Shown: positions 52,479-63,881, numbered from the stretch's first letter. The stretch: DNA of 64,000 nucleotides from an uncultured Planctomycetaceae bacterium (GCA_963976765.1 CAXBME010000004.1:310001-374000), one strand, 5' to 3'. Notes: generated by a model not told the origin, from the sequence alone. Numbers and translations: made by a program.

Positions 52479-53537
52479 ATGCTTCGCCCTGATTTCAAGC
52501 GAGCGCTACGCTTTGTCCGCCACATTCTTTCATGGCGAGTCCGTCGGGAACTCCGACGCCGTCCCGGACACTTCTCCATCGCCACTCGACGGGGAATCCG
52601 TGGACTGATCGCGCTGCCGTTCGCGCAACTGCGACATCTCAAACACCTGCTGAAGCCGCATCCGGCGGCAGCGCTGATCCTGGCTACCGCGGCCGCCATT
52701 GGCTGGACGATGATGGACGCCGAACCGGTCGGTGCCAACGCCAGCCTGGTCGTTCAGGCTGCGGAGCAAAACCGCCCTGCTCCACCGCCGCTACCCGAAG
52801 ATTCCGCGATGCACCTGGAAGGTCGCGTCGCCATGCTGCTTCAAATCGCGATGCTGCAGGATGCCAATAACCGCCTGGAAGGCATCAAGAGTTATACGGC
52901 CACGTTCGAAAAGCAGGAGCGCATCGACGGAGACCTTTCCGACGAACAAAGCATGCAGTTCAAATTGCAGCACAAGCCGCTCAACGTCTACATGAAGTGG
53001 GAAAAGGGTGACGACGTCGGCCAGGAACTTCTATTTCCAGCCGCCAATGACGACCCTCGACTGCTGGTTCAGTTGCCGAAGTTCGGCGGTCGCCTGCCGG
53101 CACTGAAACTTGAGCCGAGTTCAGCCTTGGCCATGAGCAAAGCTCGCTACCCGGTCACGATGGCTGGTCTCAAAGAAATGACCAGCATGACACTCGAAAT
53201 TCGCCAGCGAGACATCAAGCTGGGCGATCGTGTCCAGGTCGACATGCGCGACGATCGGACATTCGCTGGCCGACCGGTTTACGCCTACACCGTTAAGTAC
53301 GCCAGCCCGAAAGACTCTGAGCAGTACCGCAAGTGCATCCTTTACATCGACAAGCAGCTGATGGTTCCAGTCTACAGCCGAAACTTCACCTGGCCGGAAC
53401 TGGTTGCTGATGCTGACCCGAACAATCTCGATGCCACAACACTGATCGAGTCCTACGCTTACCGAGGCATCAAACTTGAAGCCGACCTCGCCCCCAGCGA
53501 GTTCGCCCGTTCCAACCCGGATTACAAATTCCGATAA
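52479..53537 (+). CDS. DUF1571 domain protein (start uncertain)
   Basis: TM/signal segment then YTATFEKQERIDG...KPLNVYMKW and LIESYAY pattern. Confidence 0.78.
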   Translation: MLRPDFKRALRFVRHILSWRVRRELRRRPGHFSIATRRGIRGLIALPFAQLRHLKHLLKPHPAAALILATAAAIGWTMMDAEPVGANASLVVQAAEQNRPAPPPLPEDSAMHLEGRVAMLLQIAMLQDANNRLEGIKSYTATFEKQERIDGDLSDEQSMQFKLQHKPLNVYMKWEKGDDVGQELLFPAANDDPRLLVQLPKFGGRLPALKLEPSSALAMSKARYPVTMAGLKEMTSMTLEIRQRDIKLGDRVQVDMRDDRTFAGRPVYAYTVKYASPKDSEQYRKCILYIDKQLMVPVYSRNFTWPELVADADPNNLDATTLIESYAYRGIKLEADLAPSEFARSNPDYKFR

Positions 53538-53597
53538 CGGAACGTCGAGCCACCAGAAATTCGGCTCCACTCAAACAGTTTGCTCACTCAGAACAAG

Positions 53598-53633
53598 AAC
53601 TCCGGCATCGCCATCGCGGTGCCGGAGTTTTTT
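53598..53633 (+). terminator. Intrinsic terminator
   Basis: AACTCCGGCATCGC-CATC-GCGGTGCCGGAGTT followed by TTTT. Confidence 0.85.
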
Positions 53634-53788
53634 CGTCGAACTTATTCCCACTTGGCTTCGCCTGATGATCAGGACTCAGCCACGAAATGCATGAAACACA
53701 TGCAAAAGAGATGAATGACGACACGCCTGAATCCCGTGCAACTTTCCGTTGCGTCCGCGGTCGAGAATCGGTCGTCACCAACGAAACA

Positions 53789-54730
53789 TCATTCCGGGCG
53801 TGAAGCAATCACGGCTGGATTGCCACCAGGATTTAGACCTTCGACACGAGGCAAATCTGGTGGTGGAGCCTGGGTCAGACTTCGTCCGGTACGTCGACCA
53901 CCGCCCAGTGCGATGACGGCTGCTCGGTCTGGCTGAACGAACGAGGGCTTGCTCCCGTTGTTGGCCGTGTTTGGCTTGCCAGCGCCAGTTCCTGTCGATG
54001 CCGAAGTGGAAGTCGGGCTTTGTGTCGGCAATGCCTTACCTTTGGACGACTTCACCGGAATCTTCAACTTCATCCCCAGCGACAAGTCGTCAGGAGTCGC
54101 CAGCACGTCGCGATTGGCCTCGTAAATCGCAAGATACTTCGCGTGGCTACCCAGATACTTCTTCGCCAGGAGCGAAAGATTGTCGCCGGCCACAACCTCA
54201 TGTGTAATGAAATCAGGTTTCGAAACCGTTGCAGGCCGACGAATCTGACTTTCTTTGACCGTTACCTCAGCCGATTCCACTGAAACAGATCGATCGTTGC
54301 GTCGAGCTTCGACGTTTCGCGCCAGGACATTTTCCAGACTGTCCAGATCCTGACCAGGCGACGGCAACGGAGCCATGCGGTCAGCAAACGGCTCAGTCAG
54401 ATTACCAGCCGCTCCGGCGCCAATCGGCTCAGCCAGCATGCCCTGATAGCCAGTCGGACCAACACGAGGCAGCCCGGGAATCGCATCTGATGCCGCAAGT
54501 TCCGGAACACTTCCCAGGCCGGATTCGTCACCATCTATGCTCTCAACCTTCGGCTCAGGAAAATACGGAGCCCCTGGCTTCTGACTGGCAATCCGATCCA
54601 GAGACGCTGGATCCGTAAGTGTCAATGTTTCCTGAACTGGCGATGGCGCATCGTTCCTGAAAAAGAACGCTCCAGTAATTCCGATCAGGAGTATCCCCAA
54701 AGCCAGTCCGACTTTTTTATCTGGATGCAT
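53789..54730 (-). CDS. Membrane-anchored LysM peptidoglycan-binding protein
   Basis: N-terminal TM; HEVVAGDNLSLLAKKYLG...IYEANRD...LSLGMKLKIP. Confidence 0.9.
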   Translation of the reverse strand: MHPDKKVGLALGILLIGITGAFFFRNDAPSPVQETLTLTDPASLDRIASQKPGAPYFPEPKVESIDGDESGLGSVPELAASDAIPGLPRVGPTGYQGMLAEPIGAGAAGNLTEPFADRMAPLPSPGQDLDSLENVLARNVEARRNDRSVSVESAEVTVKESQIRRPATVSKPDFITHEVVAGDNLSLLAKKYLGSHAKYLAIYEANRDVLATPDDLSLGMKLKIPVKSSKGKALPTQSPTSTSASTGTGAGKPNTANNGSKPSFVQPDRAAVIALGGGRRTGRSLTQAPPPDLPRVEGLNPGGNPAVIASRPE

Positions 54731-55345
54731 AATTATGTCGCCCGTTAATCATCGATCATCACGGAATCGTGCTCCTCGGACTCCTGACTCAACGCGCACG
54801 CCTCGTGCGGCGCAGAACCCGGGACCAAGTCACCTGACAACCCGCTAAATCATGCGCTCCAGTTGAGCCCAGGTCGGCCCAGGATTATGAATAGGAGCCT
54901 TTCCTGGTTTCCAAAGTCCGGATAGATCGATCGTCCGGAATGCGCAAGCTGCCTTTGGGGTTCGTCGATCAGGCATTGCTTGTGCGTGGCTGAAGAAGGA
55001 CGCTCATAGCCAGACAGGCTAAAGCACTTTCAGAATTCGTTTTCAGTGTTTGGCAGGAGGACAACGAAGGAAACGTTGGCTATTCCAAGTGCCAGCTCCT
55101 GTACAGGAGCCATGAAAAGGTCTATCCCGTTTCGACTCAGACGAAGTCTGAGCGTCAAATATCGATGGCAGCCGGCAACTGCGGTTTTGGGGCATTCATT
55201 CAGTAAGAAATTCGGGGCGTGGTGACCTCAAATCGCGAGCCTTTCGGGGCACCATCCCAAAGTGCATGCTGACGCGGGGCTGTCGATTGATCGTTCTCAA
55301 GGTCGGAATCGATTCCCGTTCCGACCGCGACCTATGGGGCGATGG

Positions 55346-57064
55346 TCATCCTCGAGGCGACAGAATCGTCAGCTTTTCATACAGCGGTGTGCCGACTTTT
55401 TTCCGGCCGATCACGACCCGGTCGGGGAAAACGTGGAATAGATGGATGCTCTGGCAGTTGTCGCTGAGTACGTGAGCCGTCCGTTCGTGCATGCGAAACC
55501 CGTTGCGGTGGCGATGACCGAACAGGTAGCCGGTCACTCGATGTTCCTGCAGAAGTGACAGCACCTCCGTTCCGCCAAACTGAGGCAGCACGTTGTTCCC
55601 GAAGACCGTTAACGATGGATAGTGAGCAACGACAAAGACGTGCTGCCTGCCTGTCGAGCGTTCAAGCTGCTCTTTCAGAAACGCAATCTGCCCGGCGTCA
55701 GCCCGCATCGTCAGAAACGGCACCGTGATGAATGCGCAGTTGCCATATTCAATGAACTGACGCGGCTTCGTTCCGGTGTACTTCTCGTAAAGCGCCGCCG
55801 GTCCAGTAAATCCTTCCTTCGCTGCGTCGGCCAGCGCCTGTTTGACTATCTTTGCGTACTCGGGTTTCTTCTCCGAAGCCGTCGAATAAGAAGCCTCAAT
55901 GAAGTCATAATTAAAGAGGACATCATGATTACCAGGCACGACGTGCTTCGGTGGTTTCAGTTCGGCAAAAATCTCATTGAACAGCTCCCACTCTTCCGGG
56001 AGATTGTTGTTGACCAGATCGCCCGCGATCAGAACAAACGCCGGATCAAGTTGGTTCAGATCCCGAATTGTGGCCTCAGCATTCCTGATCAACGTGTCGC
56101 GACCGGTTTCGCGATCGAATTGGGGATCAGAAATCAGCGAAAACGTAAAGTCAGGCTTCTCCTTCAGATCCTCACTGAGCGACGGACAGCCATATGGATC
56201 GTCTTGAGCCGGATTCATCCGCGCCGACAATACCGGATTGGGAACCGTCAGTGAGAAAACCGCAGCGGATGGATCGCTGACCTCAGCCATCTCGACCCGA
56301 TCTTCGAACACGTTGACCATCGTCACTGCCCCACGTGCCGACCAGGCGGTTGACCCGACCGTCCAGGTCGGCAGCGTGTTGACATAACCGAGTGCGTGGC
56401 CGTATCGCGTCGGGCTGAGCTTTGCAGCAACGCGATGCCGCTCGACCAGTGCCCAGAAATTTTCATGAGTCGGCGTCAACTTCGACCGCCCCATCGTCCG
56501 ATTCACCTCATCAAACAGCAGCACCGCTTTTGCGTCGCCCGCTGTTGTAAGTTGTTTCTCCAGTCGTTCCGTCGCGACATCAGGATTGGAATGCAGGTCG
56601 CTGGTAAAACCCAGGTGCACTCCGCTGATCGTTCGCAGGTTGTCCTGGGCGTCGTATTCGCCAAAGACTCGCCGGTACTTTTCCAACGAACCGCTCAGCC
56701 GATCTCGATGGCCCGGCACGGTGAACTTTGGAACGTTGATCTGATCGAAGTATCTGCCAAAAGCCTCAAAGTCTTCGTTCGATCCAGACCACGTCAACGA
56801 TCCAAGCACGACCAGCGCATCCGGCTTGAGCGAATTCACCAGCGTGACGGACTTGTCCATGCTGTCAGGACCGGTCGTCGTCAGAAAACCACGCGGCGTT
56901 CCACTCTCGTCTTTGACTTCGGTGGCAGGCAGCGTCGTGATATAGGGATTCGAGATGACCGCGATCCTGGCCAGCGGCTTTTCTGTTGCAAAGCCAACAC
57001 TCGACGTCAGAACGACACAACAAAGCAGGACCACTGACCGGCAGGCAGAGATTCGGGGCATCAT
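55346..57064 (-). CDS. Exported protein with tandem calcineurin-like metallophosphoesterase domains
   Basis: RBS AAGGGAG, signal peptide; domain 2 has SDPQ, GDLVN, PGNHD, HYP, GHRH; domain 1 degenerate. Confidence 0.85.
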   Translation of the reverse strand: MMPRISACRSVVLLCCVVLTSSVGFATEKPLARIAVISNPYITTLPATEVKDESGTPRGFLTTTGPDSMDKSVTLVNSLKPDALVVLGSLTWSGSNEDFEAFGRYFDQINVPKFTVPGHRDRLSGSLEKYRRVFGEYDAQDNLRTISGVHLGFTSDLHSNPDVATERLEKQLTTAGDAKAVLLFDEVNRTMGRSKLTPTHENFWALVERHRVAAKLSPTRYGHALGYVNTLPTWTVGSTAWSARGAVTMVNVFEDRVEMAEVSDPSAAVFSLTVPNPVLSARMNPAQDDPYGCPSLSEDLKEKPDFTFSLISDPQFDRETGRDTLIRNAEATIRDLNQLDPAFVLIAGDLVNNNLPEEWELFNEIFAELKPPKHVVPGNHDVLFNYDFIEASYSTASEKKPEYAKIVKQALADAAKEGFTGPAALYEKYTGTKPRQFIEYGNCAFITVPFLTMRADAGQIAFLKEQLERSTGRQHVFVVAHYPSLTVFGNNVLPQFGGTEVLSLLQEHRVTGYLFGHRHRNGFRMHERTAHVLSDNCQSIHLFHVFPDRVVIGRKKVGTPLYEKLTILSPRG

Positions 57065-57359
57065 CAGATCTCCCTTCAGATTTGTGAGGCCCCGGTAGAA
57101 TAAAGCCGGGCGACCGCGAACCACAAACCCTCTCGAAGCGAATTCACCTCTGCTTTCATCCCTGTGCACCGCCAGCTTCCCGAGTCATTTCATCGTTTCG
57201 AATCTGTCGGCCTGATGCGCAGAAATTCCCTGGAGCAGTCCAGAAACAAGGGCCACAGTTCACTCGACAGGCAAAGGTCGCTCATCGGCAGGCCGCAGGC
57301 GATGACTCGTCGAGAGACCACAGTCGCCTGCTGCTTGCGTTAAACGAGGAACTGCGCGA

Positions 57360-57764
57360 CTACCGGTCGGTGTACGTCGCAAACGACTTTGGCGTTTCCC
57401 ATAACCCGACTTCGCGCACAGGAAAGCCCTGCGACTTTGTGAAGTCGAAGATCAATTTCGCAATCGATTCGGCGGTCGGGTTTACCGGAAGCAGATACAG
57501 AGGCTCGCCCTGTTCCTGAAAAAAAGGGACGGCCGGGTCGTTCTCGTTGAGGATCATGCGGTGGTCGAGTTCGTCGTCGATCCATGTGCGAACTGACTTC
57601 TTGATATCCGAAAAGTCAACAAGCATTCCTCGCTCGTCAAGTTCTTCGCCTTCCAATTCGATGACGGCGAGGCCGTTGTGCCCATGAAGATGCCGACACT
57701 TGCCGGCGTAATTCAGAAGGCGGTGGCCGTAGCAGAATTCGATGTTCTGGGTGACTCGGAACAT
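57360..57764 (-). CDS. queD: 6-carboxy-5,6,7,8-tetrahydropterin synthase (PTPS/QueD family)
   Basis: GHRL, CRHLHGHN, GMLVDFSDIK, LDHR, NPTAE, LWET. Confidence 0.92.
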   Translation of the reverse strand: MFRVTQNIEFCYGHRLLNYAGKCRHLHGHNGLAVIELEGEELDERGMLVDFSDIKKSVRTWIDDELDHRMILNENDPAVPFFQEQGEPLYLLPVNPTAESIAKLIFDFTKSQGFPVREVGLWETPKSFATYTDR

Positions 57765-57848
57765 GACTGTAGACTTCCTGACGATCTTAGATCGGCGGTC
57801 GAGAATAATGCGAAATCAACACATGCGGCAAAGCAGAATCGACAGCGA

Positions 57849-59999
57849 CTACTTCTTGCGTGGCTTGCGGACGCGGACTCCCGCTGGACCATTTTCGTCA
57901 TCACCGTCACGCTGCCGCTTAATCTGCTCCTGCATGTCGGCGGCTTCCTGCATCTGCTTCATAAACTTTCCGATAAAGCCGTCTTCCTTCTTCTTCTTTT
58001 TCTTTTCGAGCTTCGCTGGATCAACCGGCTTCTCAGGCAGATATTCGAGCAGTTTACGTTCTGACATGCCCCACGCACTGGATGCGATGAAGTAAACGCA
58101 CAAGCCGGCAGGTACCCGGTAGAAGAGGAAACCCATGAAAATCATCATGAAGTTCATCATCTTCTGCTGCATCGCCATTTCGTCGGTCGTCGGCGGCGGC
58201 ATGAACATCTTCTGCTGAGCGTAAAACAGCACGATCGTGATCATCGGCAACAGATTAAAATCTGACCCGAGGAACGGAATTGAAAAGCCCATCTCGAAAA
58301 GTGCGTCCGGTGCAGCCAGGTTATCGACCCACAGGAACGAAGCCATTCGCAGATCGACCCAGTTGTTCAATGCCTGATAAAGCGAGATGAAAATTGGCAA
58401 CTGCAAAAAGACAGGCAGACATCCCGCGAAAGGGTTGAAGTCAGCTTCGCGGTAAAGTTCCATCTGGGCCTGAGCGAGCTTCTGCTTGTCGTCTTTGTAT
58501 TTTTCGCGAATCGCCGTCAACTGCGGCTGAAGATCTTTCATCTTCTTCGAGCTGGCTGCCTGCTTGCGCGAGATCGGAAACATCATGCCACGGACAAGAA
58601 TCGTCAGCATGATAATCGCGATCCCGTAGTGAACTCCCCAGCCATGAAACGTTTTCAACAGCCAGGTCATCACGTGACTGATCGACCCGAACCACCCGTA
58701 ATCGATGATCGTATCGGCTTTGAATGGAGCCAGCAGTTCCTGGCTCTTTGGCCCCAGGAACATTTGAAAGTCGTGCTGCACGAGTCCTTCAGCAGGGATC
58801 TCCAGTTCTGATGACTTCAACTCAAGACTGATATCGCTGCGTTCGGATTCCTGGTCAAGCGTGACAACGGTTGGTGTAACTGTCGCGAAAGTCTGTCGAG
58901 CGACCTGGTCACCAGTCGGAACGATTAACGCGGCAAAAAACTGAACGTCAACACCGGCGTACTGAATCGGTCTCGTCCACTCTTCGACGCTTTCATCCTT
59001 GACATCTGCCGCCAGCGAGGAAGCAGTCAGCAGCTCAGCCGAAACCGCACCGTACTCGTCGAGGAAGCCAACCTTGATGTCACGATACTTGCGAGCATTT
59101 TCGACATCTTCCAGCGGAAGGCCAACCGGCCCCTGAAGTGCGTATTGAGCAGCGATCGTCTTCCTACTGAGATTTCTCAGCTGGATACTGACATTCAACT
59201 GGTACGCCGACCCGTAGATCTGACGGATTCCGGGCTCGGAAATTCTGTCAGCAGGCACTCGTTGAAGCTGAAAGATTTTGCGAACTTCCAGCAAACCATC
59301 TGGTGACACAATGCCGAAGGTCGCGCCGGAAATCACGTCCGGATTGTCAACGTCTTTCTCCGTTTCGAGCAGTTCCCAGTTCAGCGTTCGCAACGACGCT
59401 CGAATGTCCTGCTTTCTGAAAGCCTCGTCGACGGACTCGATGTCCAGGTCAACGGTCAACGCCGCTCGGCCTTTGAGTAACGGCTTGATCGAATCGTCAC
59501 GCGCGAGATTGTTGCCGACAACTCTCAACTGCGGTCGTGGATCGATCTTTTCAGGATTCTCAGCGACAGGGTAACGAGGATCGGTTAGCGTCGCCGACTG
59601 AACTGAAGCACCCACACTGGTCAGTTCAACCTGCAGCACGTATCCAGTTTCGACGTCGGGCGAACCGAGGGTGACGGTCTGAGTGGGAAAGTCCGGCAGC
59701 TTCGGAGCCTCAGGCTCATTCGAGACGGCTTCCGCGTTACCGTCGCTGGAGTCGGCATTGTTCGCGACCACACCTTTAGCGTCGCTGCTGCCTGAGTCGC
59801 CATCATCACCTGAGGCGATCTCGGCATTTTCTTCCGCCGATGCAGCAGCATCGGCTGGCACAGCGCCGTTGGCATCTGCCACATCCGCCTGAGGATCCGG
59901 AAACAATTCCGGAAAGAACTTTGGCCCGATGAACAACCAACCGTAGAAGGTCAGGAACGATACAAGTCCGAATACAAGAAGCCGTCGCTGTTGATCCAT
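57849..59999 (-). CDS. yidC: Membrane protein insertase YidC
   Basis: N-terminal TM, large periplasmic domain, FLGPK, IDYGWFG, YGIAIIMLTILVR, GCLPVFLQLPIF, PAGLCVY. Confidence 0.95.
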   Translation of the reverse strand: MDQQRRLLVFGLVSFLTFYGWLFIGPKFFPELFPDPQADVADANGAVPADAAASAEENAEIASGDDGDSGSSDAKGVVANNADSSDGNAEAVSNEPEAPKLPDFPTQTVTLGSPDVETGYVLQVELTSVGASVQSATLTDPRYPVAENPEKIDPRPQLRVVGNNLARDDSIKPLLKGRAALTVDLDIESVDEAFRKQDIRASLRTLNWELLETEKDVDNPDVISGATFGIVSPDGLLEVRKIFQLQRVPADRISEPGIRQIYGSAYQLNVSIQLRNLSRKTIAAQYALQGPVGLPLEDVENARKYRDIKVGFLDEYGAVSAELLTASSLAADVKDESVEEWTRPIQYAGVDVQFFAALIVPTGDQVARQTFATVTPTVVTLDQESERSDISLELKSSELEIPAEGLVQHDFQMFLGPKSQELLAPFKADTIIDYGWFGSISHVMTWLLKTFHGWGVHYGIAIIMLTILVRGMMFPISRKQAASSKKMKDLQPQLTAIREKYKDDKQKLAQAQMELYREADFNPFAGCLPVFLQLPIFISLYQALNNWVDLRMASFLWVDNLAAPDALFEMGFSIPFLGSDFNLLPMITIVLFYAQQKMFMPPPTTDEMAMQQKMMNFMMIFMGFLFYRVPAGLCVYFIASSAWGMSERKLLEYLPEKPVDPAKLEKKKKKKEDGFIGKFMKQMQEAADMQEQIKRQRDGDDENGPAGVRVRKPRKK

Positions 60000-60000
60000 T

Positions 60001-60738
60001 TCACCGACCGTCGCGAAGACGGTCCCCCAGGAAGTTATCGAGTTCTGGAATCGCGTAAATCTTGTTAGCCGTCGCTTCAACGTCATACTCAACTCGACGG
60101 AACGTTACTTTGTCGCCGTCGAGAATGACGTAGGACGAATGGGGAACTCCGTTGCGGGGCTGCCCAACCGAGCCGACGTTAACCAGATGCTTCTGATTCA
60201 CAAGTTCGTACTCGAAATCAACTTCTTCCGGGGTCAGAAAGTTCATGTCCTCGGTGAAAACGCCAGGGATGTGGGTGTGCCCCTGAAAGCAGTTCTTCTC
60301 AACGAGCGAAAAGATTCGTTCCATCTTCCGCTGATTGTAGATGTCTTCAGGGAAGACGTACTCGTTAAGTGGGTTTCTCGCCGAGCCATGCACAAAAAGC
60401 AGTCCGGGTTCTTTAATGACGCGTGGGAGATCGCCGAGAAACTCCCACCGTTCTTCGCTGCCGGGACCAGTCTCAAGCACCGAGCGTGTCCAGAAAATTG
60501 CCCGTTCCGCGCCAGCGTTAAATCCTTCTGGATCGAACAGTGCTCCCTGATCATGATTACCGAGCAGTGAGGCTGCGCAGTGCTCCCGCACGCGGTCTAT
60601 ACATTCGCGAGGGTTCGGCCCGTAACCGACGATGTCGCCGAGACAGTAAATCTCGTCAATCCCCTGCCCCTTGATGTCGGCCAGGACCGCATCAAGAGCA
60701 TCGAGATTTCCATGAATGTCGCTAAAGATCGCTCTCAA
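60001..60738 (-). CDS. Metallophosphoesterase (YfcE-like), TTG start
   Basis: [35 protein letters not shown]. Confidence 0.92.
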   Translation of the reverse strand: MRAIFSDIHGNLDALDAVLADIKGQGIDEIYCLGDIVGYGPNPRECIDRVREHCAASLLGNHDQGALFDPEGFNAGAERAIFWTRSVLETGPGSEERWEFLGDLPRVIKEPGLLFVHGSARNPLNEYVFPEDIYNQRKMERIFSLVEKNCFQGHTHIPGVFTEDMNFLTPEEVDFEYELVNQKHLVNVGSVGQPRNGVPHSSYVILDGDKVTFRRVEYDVEATANKIYAIPELDNFLGDRLRDGR

Positions 60739-61596
60739 GGGAGAACTCCGTACAAGCCGCGAAACCCGCAATAAACAGAGGCCCGCAGCCTGAGATAAAC
60801 AGCGGCCCAATTGAAGACGACGCCACCAGGGCCACTTTGTTCGAGCGATCGCTCAACCGTGAATGCACACGCGATAGAAGGACGATCACCGAAAATTGTA
60901 AGAACGTATCCCCGACTATCTCGGCATTGTCTGAGCGCTCACGACCAGATTTCGCCAACCCTTCGCAAAATTCGAAAAACCGTTCCATGAAGCGGGCTCG
61001 GAATCTTAGTTGCACAGCGCAGAACCGGTCAAGCAGGCTGAATCGCCCTGATTGCGCACTTATCTGTCAATACGTGCCGCGATTCTGCTCAGAAACCAAG
61101 AGTTTGAAACTCCACACCCAGCTCAGTGACATCTGCTCAACTCAACACCCTGGCCAAACTGGGGCGAATTTCCGGGAGCATTCATTTCTGTCGTGCCGGA
61201 TCGAGGAGCCAGTCCGATCGCATCGCCGTGCTGTCGTAAGCACGAAACCGATCTTGCAATCCTGCCGGCACAACGTGACCTACGTTGTGCTGAAACGTCA
61301 CGTTGTCGGCTCGAAACGCCGCTTTTGCGGAAGAGTTTCCGCCGTCACGACGTGACACATCCGCCAAGTTGAACATTCGGACGGGCCATGTTGCCAAATC
61401 TCGACGACACGTTGTTGACGAGTCGCCACTCTGGTCCAGGTTTGTTGTGAGACGCGGTCATTCGGCAACACAGCATCCAGGCGACAGGTAAGCCGCTTAG
61501 CGCTGTCAATGCGACGAATTTTCAGATTGATCGAGACAGGTAAAGAGACTGACAGATCTCGCAGCTCGCCCGCTGCAACGGTGAAAGAAAGAAGTC

Positions 61597-62994
61597 ATGA
61601 AGAACAATCACGGTTCACTGCTGATCGTCGACGACGATCAACACATTCTCGAAGCCATGGCCGACTACCTGCGAGGCCTAGGGCATCGAACAGAAACGGC
61701 ATCGACCTGCCGACAGGCAATCGAACGAATGGCCGAATTCCCATTCGAAGTTGTGATCTGCGATGTGAACCTGCCAGACCAGGACGGCTTCCAGTTGCTG
61801 GAATGGGCAACTGACAACAGTCCGGAAAGTGCGGTCATCATGTTGACCGGCTACGGCACCATCGAAAGCGCGGTCGAGGCCATTCGCGTCGGCGCCTTCG
61901 ACTACCTGACAAAACCGGTCATCGACGACGAGCTGAACCTTGCCATTCAACGAGCCCTTGGACAACGAGCGATCGTCGAAGAAAACAGGAGCCTGCGCAA
62001 GCAGCTCAACGAACGCTTCGGCCTCTCAAAAATTGTCGGTCGCGATTACAAGATGCAGAAAATGTTCGACCTGATCGAAAGCGTCGCCGACACACGCGCA
62101 ACGGTTATGGTCCTCGGCGAAAGCGGAACCGGGAAAACAATGACCGCCCGCGCGGTCCATCAGCTCAGCTCACGCAGCGACAAGGCATTCGTTGAAGTGG
62201 CCTGCGGTGCGCTGCCTGACACACTGCTCGAAAGCGAACTGTTTGGTCACGTTGCCGGAGCCTTCACCGGAGCCAACCACGATAAAATCGGAAAGTTTCT
62301 GCAGGCCGATGGCGGGACGATCTTCCTCGACGAAATCGCGACCGCCTCACCAAGTCTTCAGGTCAAACTCCTGCGAGTTCTGCAGGATCGAGAATTCGAA
62401 CCGGTCGGTGGTACGACCACTCACAAAGTCGACGTGCGTCTGATTCTTGCCACGAACGAAGATCTCGAAGAGCGCGTCCGAGCCGGAACGTTTCGTCAGG
62501 ATCTCTTCTACCGAATCAACGTGATCTCGATCACCCAGCCGCCACTTCGAGAACGCATGGGTGACATTCCGCTACTGGTCGAGCATTACATCGGCGAGAT
62601 GAACGAGCGGAACGGCAAGCACGTCAAGCGATTCGACGAAACAACGCTTCAGGTCATGCAGCGATACAACTGGCCAGGCAACGTTCGCGAGCTGGTTAAC
62701 GTTGTCGAGCGGGCCGTCGTGCTGGCTCGAAATGAAACTGTCATGGTCGACGATCTGCCGGAGAACCTGCGACGCGAAGATCCGAATCGAAACACGCTGG
62801 AACTGCCGGGTTCAGCCGGATCGTTGCGATCGGCCCTCGTCGTCCCCGAACGGCAGATCATCCTGAACGCGTTGGAGCAGCACGGCTGGAACCGCCAGAA
62901 GACGGCTGCCGCCCTAAGCATCAACCGAACGACGCTCTACAAGAAAATGAAGAAGTACGACATCAGCTTCGAAAAGCAGCTCATCGAGTGCTGA
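61597..62994 (+). CDS. Sigma-54-dependent response regulator (REC-AAA+-Fis HTH)
   Basis: [46 protein letters not shown]. Confidence 0.95.
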   Translation: MKNNHGSLLIVDDDQHILEAMADYLRGLGHRTETASTCRQAIERMAEFPFEVVICDVNLPDQDGFQLLEWATDNSPESAVIMLTGYGTIESAVEAIRVGAFDYLTKPVIDDELNLAIQRALGQRAIVEENRSLRKQLNERFGLSKIVGRDYKMQKMFDLIESVADTRATVMVLGESGTGKTMTARAVHQLSSRSDKAFVEVACGALPDTLLESELFGHVAGAFTGANHDKIGKFLQADGGTIFLDEIATASPSLQVKLLRVLQDREFEPVGGTTTHKVDVRLILATNEDLEERVRAGTFRQDLFYRINVISITQPPLRERMGDIPLLVEHYIGEMNERNGKHVKRFDETTLQVMQRYNWPGNVRELVNVVERAVVLARNETVMVDDLPENLRREDPNRNTLELPGSAGSLRSALVVPERQIILNALEQHGWNRQKTAAALSINRTTLYKKMKKYDISFEKQLIEC

Positions 62995-63149
62995 GCGGCG
63001 AGATGACCGAAATGAATGACGCACCGAGGGATCCACAAAATCGCAGGTGCGCAAACCACGGACCGACGCAAACTGTTTAATAGGGTCAGTGCCGAATCGT
63101 GACATGTCGGTCTGTCCTGCTCCCATCACGAAATCAGCTTTGCCTTCGA

Positions 63150-63881
63150 TTATTGGCAATTTCCCAGCTTCAGATGATCGAGGGCTCGGCCAAAAGAGTC
63201 TCCCGGTGCAGCGGAAAGGTTCATCAGCTCATTCGTCACCGGATGCCTGATTGACAGTTCGCTCGCGACGAGCAGCAGTCGTCGAATTCCGAACTCTCTT
63301 TCGATCAGCTGATTAACGTGATTGTCCCCATGCTTGATGTCTCCCACGATGGGGTGTGACGCGTGCTTGAAGTGTCGCCTGATCTGGTGCCGGCGACCGG
63401 TGTGCGGCGTGACTCGCACAAACGAGTACCGGCTTGTTGGATACCTGCCCGCTGACAGCGGGAGTTCCGAACGCACCACGGTTTCAAAATCCGTGATCGC
63501 TTCCTGAGCAGGTTTGTTTTCCGTTGTCTCAGCCGGTGTCGCGATGCGGTCGTACGGTTCTTTCAGAGGCAGGTCGATCGTGCCTGAGTCTTCGGTATAG
63601 CCTCGGACAATCGCCATGTACGTCTTCTTAACTTCCCGACGTTCGAACTGCGTTGTCAGCAAATGAGCCGCTTCAGCGTTCAGTCCAAAAATCAGAACCC
63701 CCGACGTCGCCCGGTCCAGGCGGTGTACAGTGAAGACTCGCTGTCCAAGCTGCCGATGCAACGTTCTGACGACGTTTTCCTTCTCACGGGTGGCCACAAA
63801 ACTTCGATGGACCAGCAGGTCCGGCGGCTTGTTCACAGCGACGCACTCGTCATCGAGATACAGAATTTCGAGGTCGTTCAT
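63150..63881 (-). CDS. truC: RluA-family pseudouridine synthase, TruC-like
   Basis: VNKPPDLLVH, VHRLDRATSG, TGRRHQIRRH, HPIVGD; GRYPTSRYS segment typical of TruC. Confidence 0.85.
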   Translation of the reverse strand: MNDLEILYLDDECVAVNKPPDLLVHRSFVATREKENVVRTLHRQLGQRVFTVHRLDRATSGVLIFGLNAEAAHLLTTQFERREVKKTYMAIVRGYTEDSGTIDLPLKEPYDRIATPAETTENKPAQEAITDFETVVRSELPLSAGRYPTSRYSFVRVTPHTGRRHQIRRHFKHASHPIVGDIKHGDNHVNQLIEREFGIRRLLLVASELSIRHPVTNELMNLSAAPGDSFGRALDHLKLGNCQ

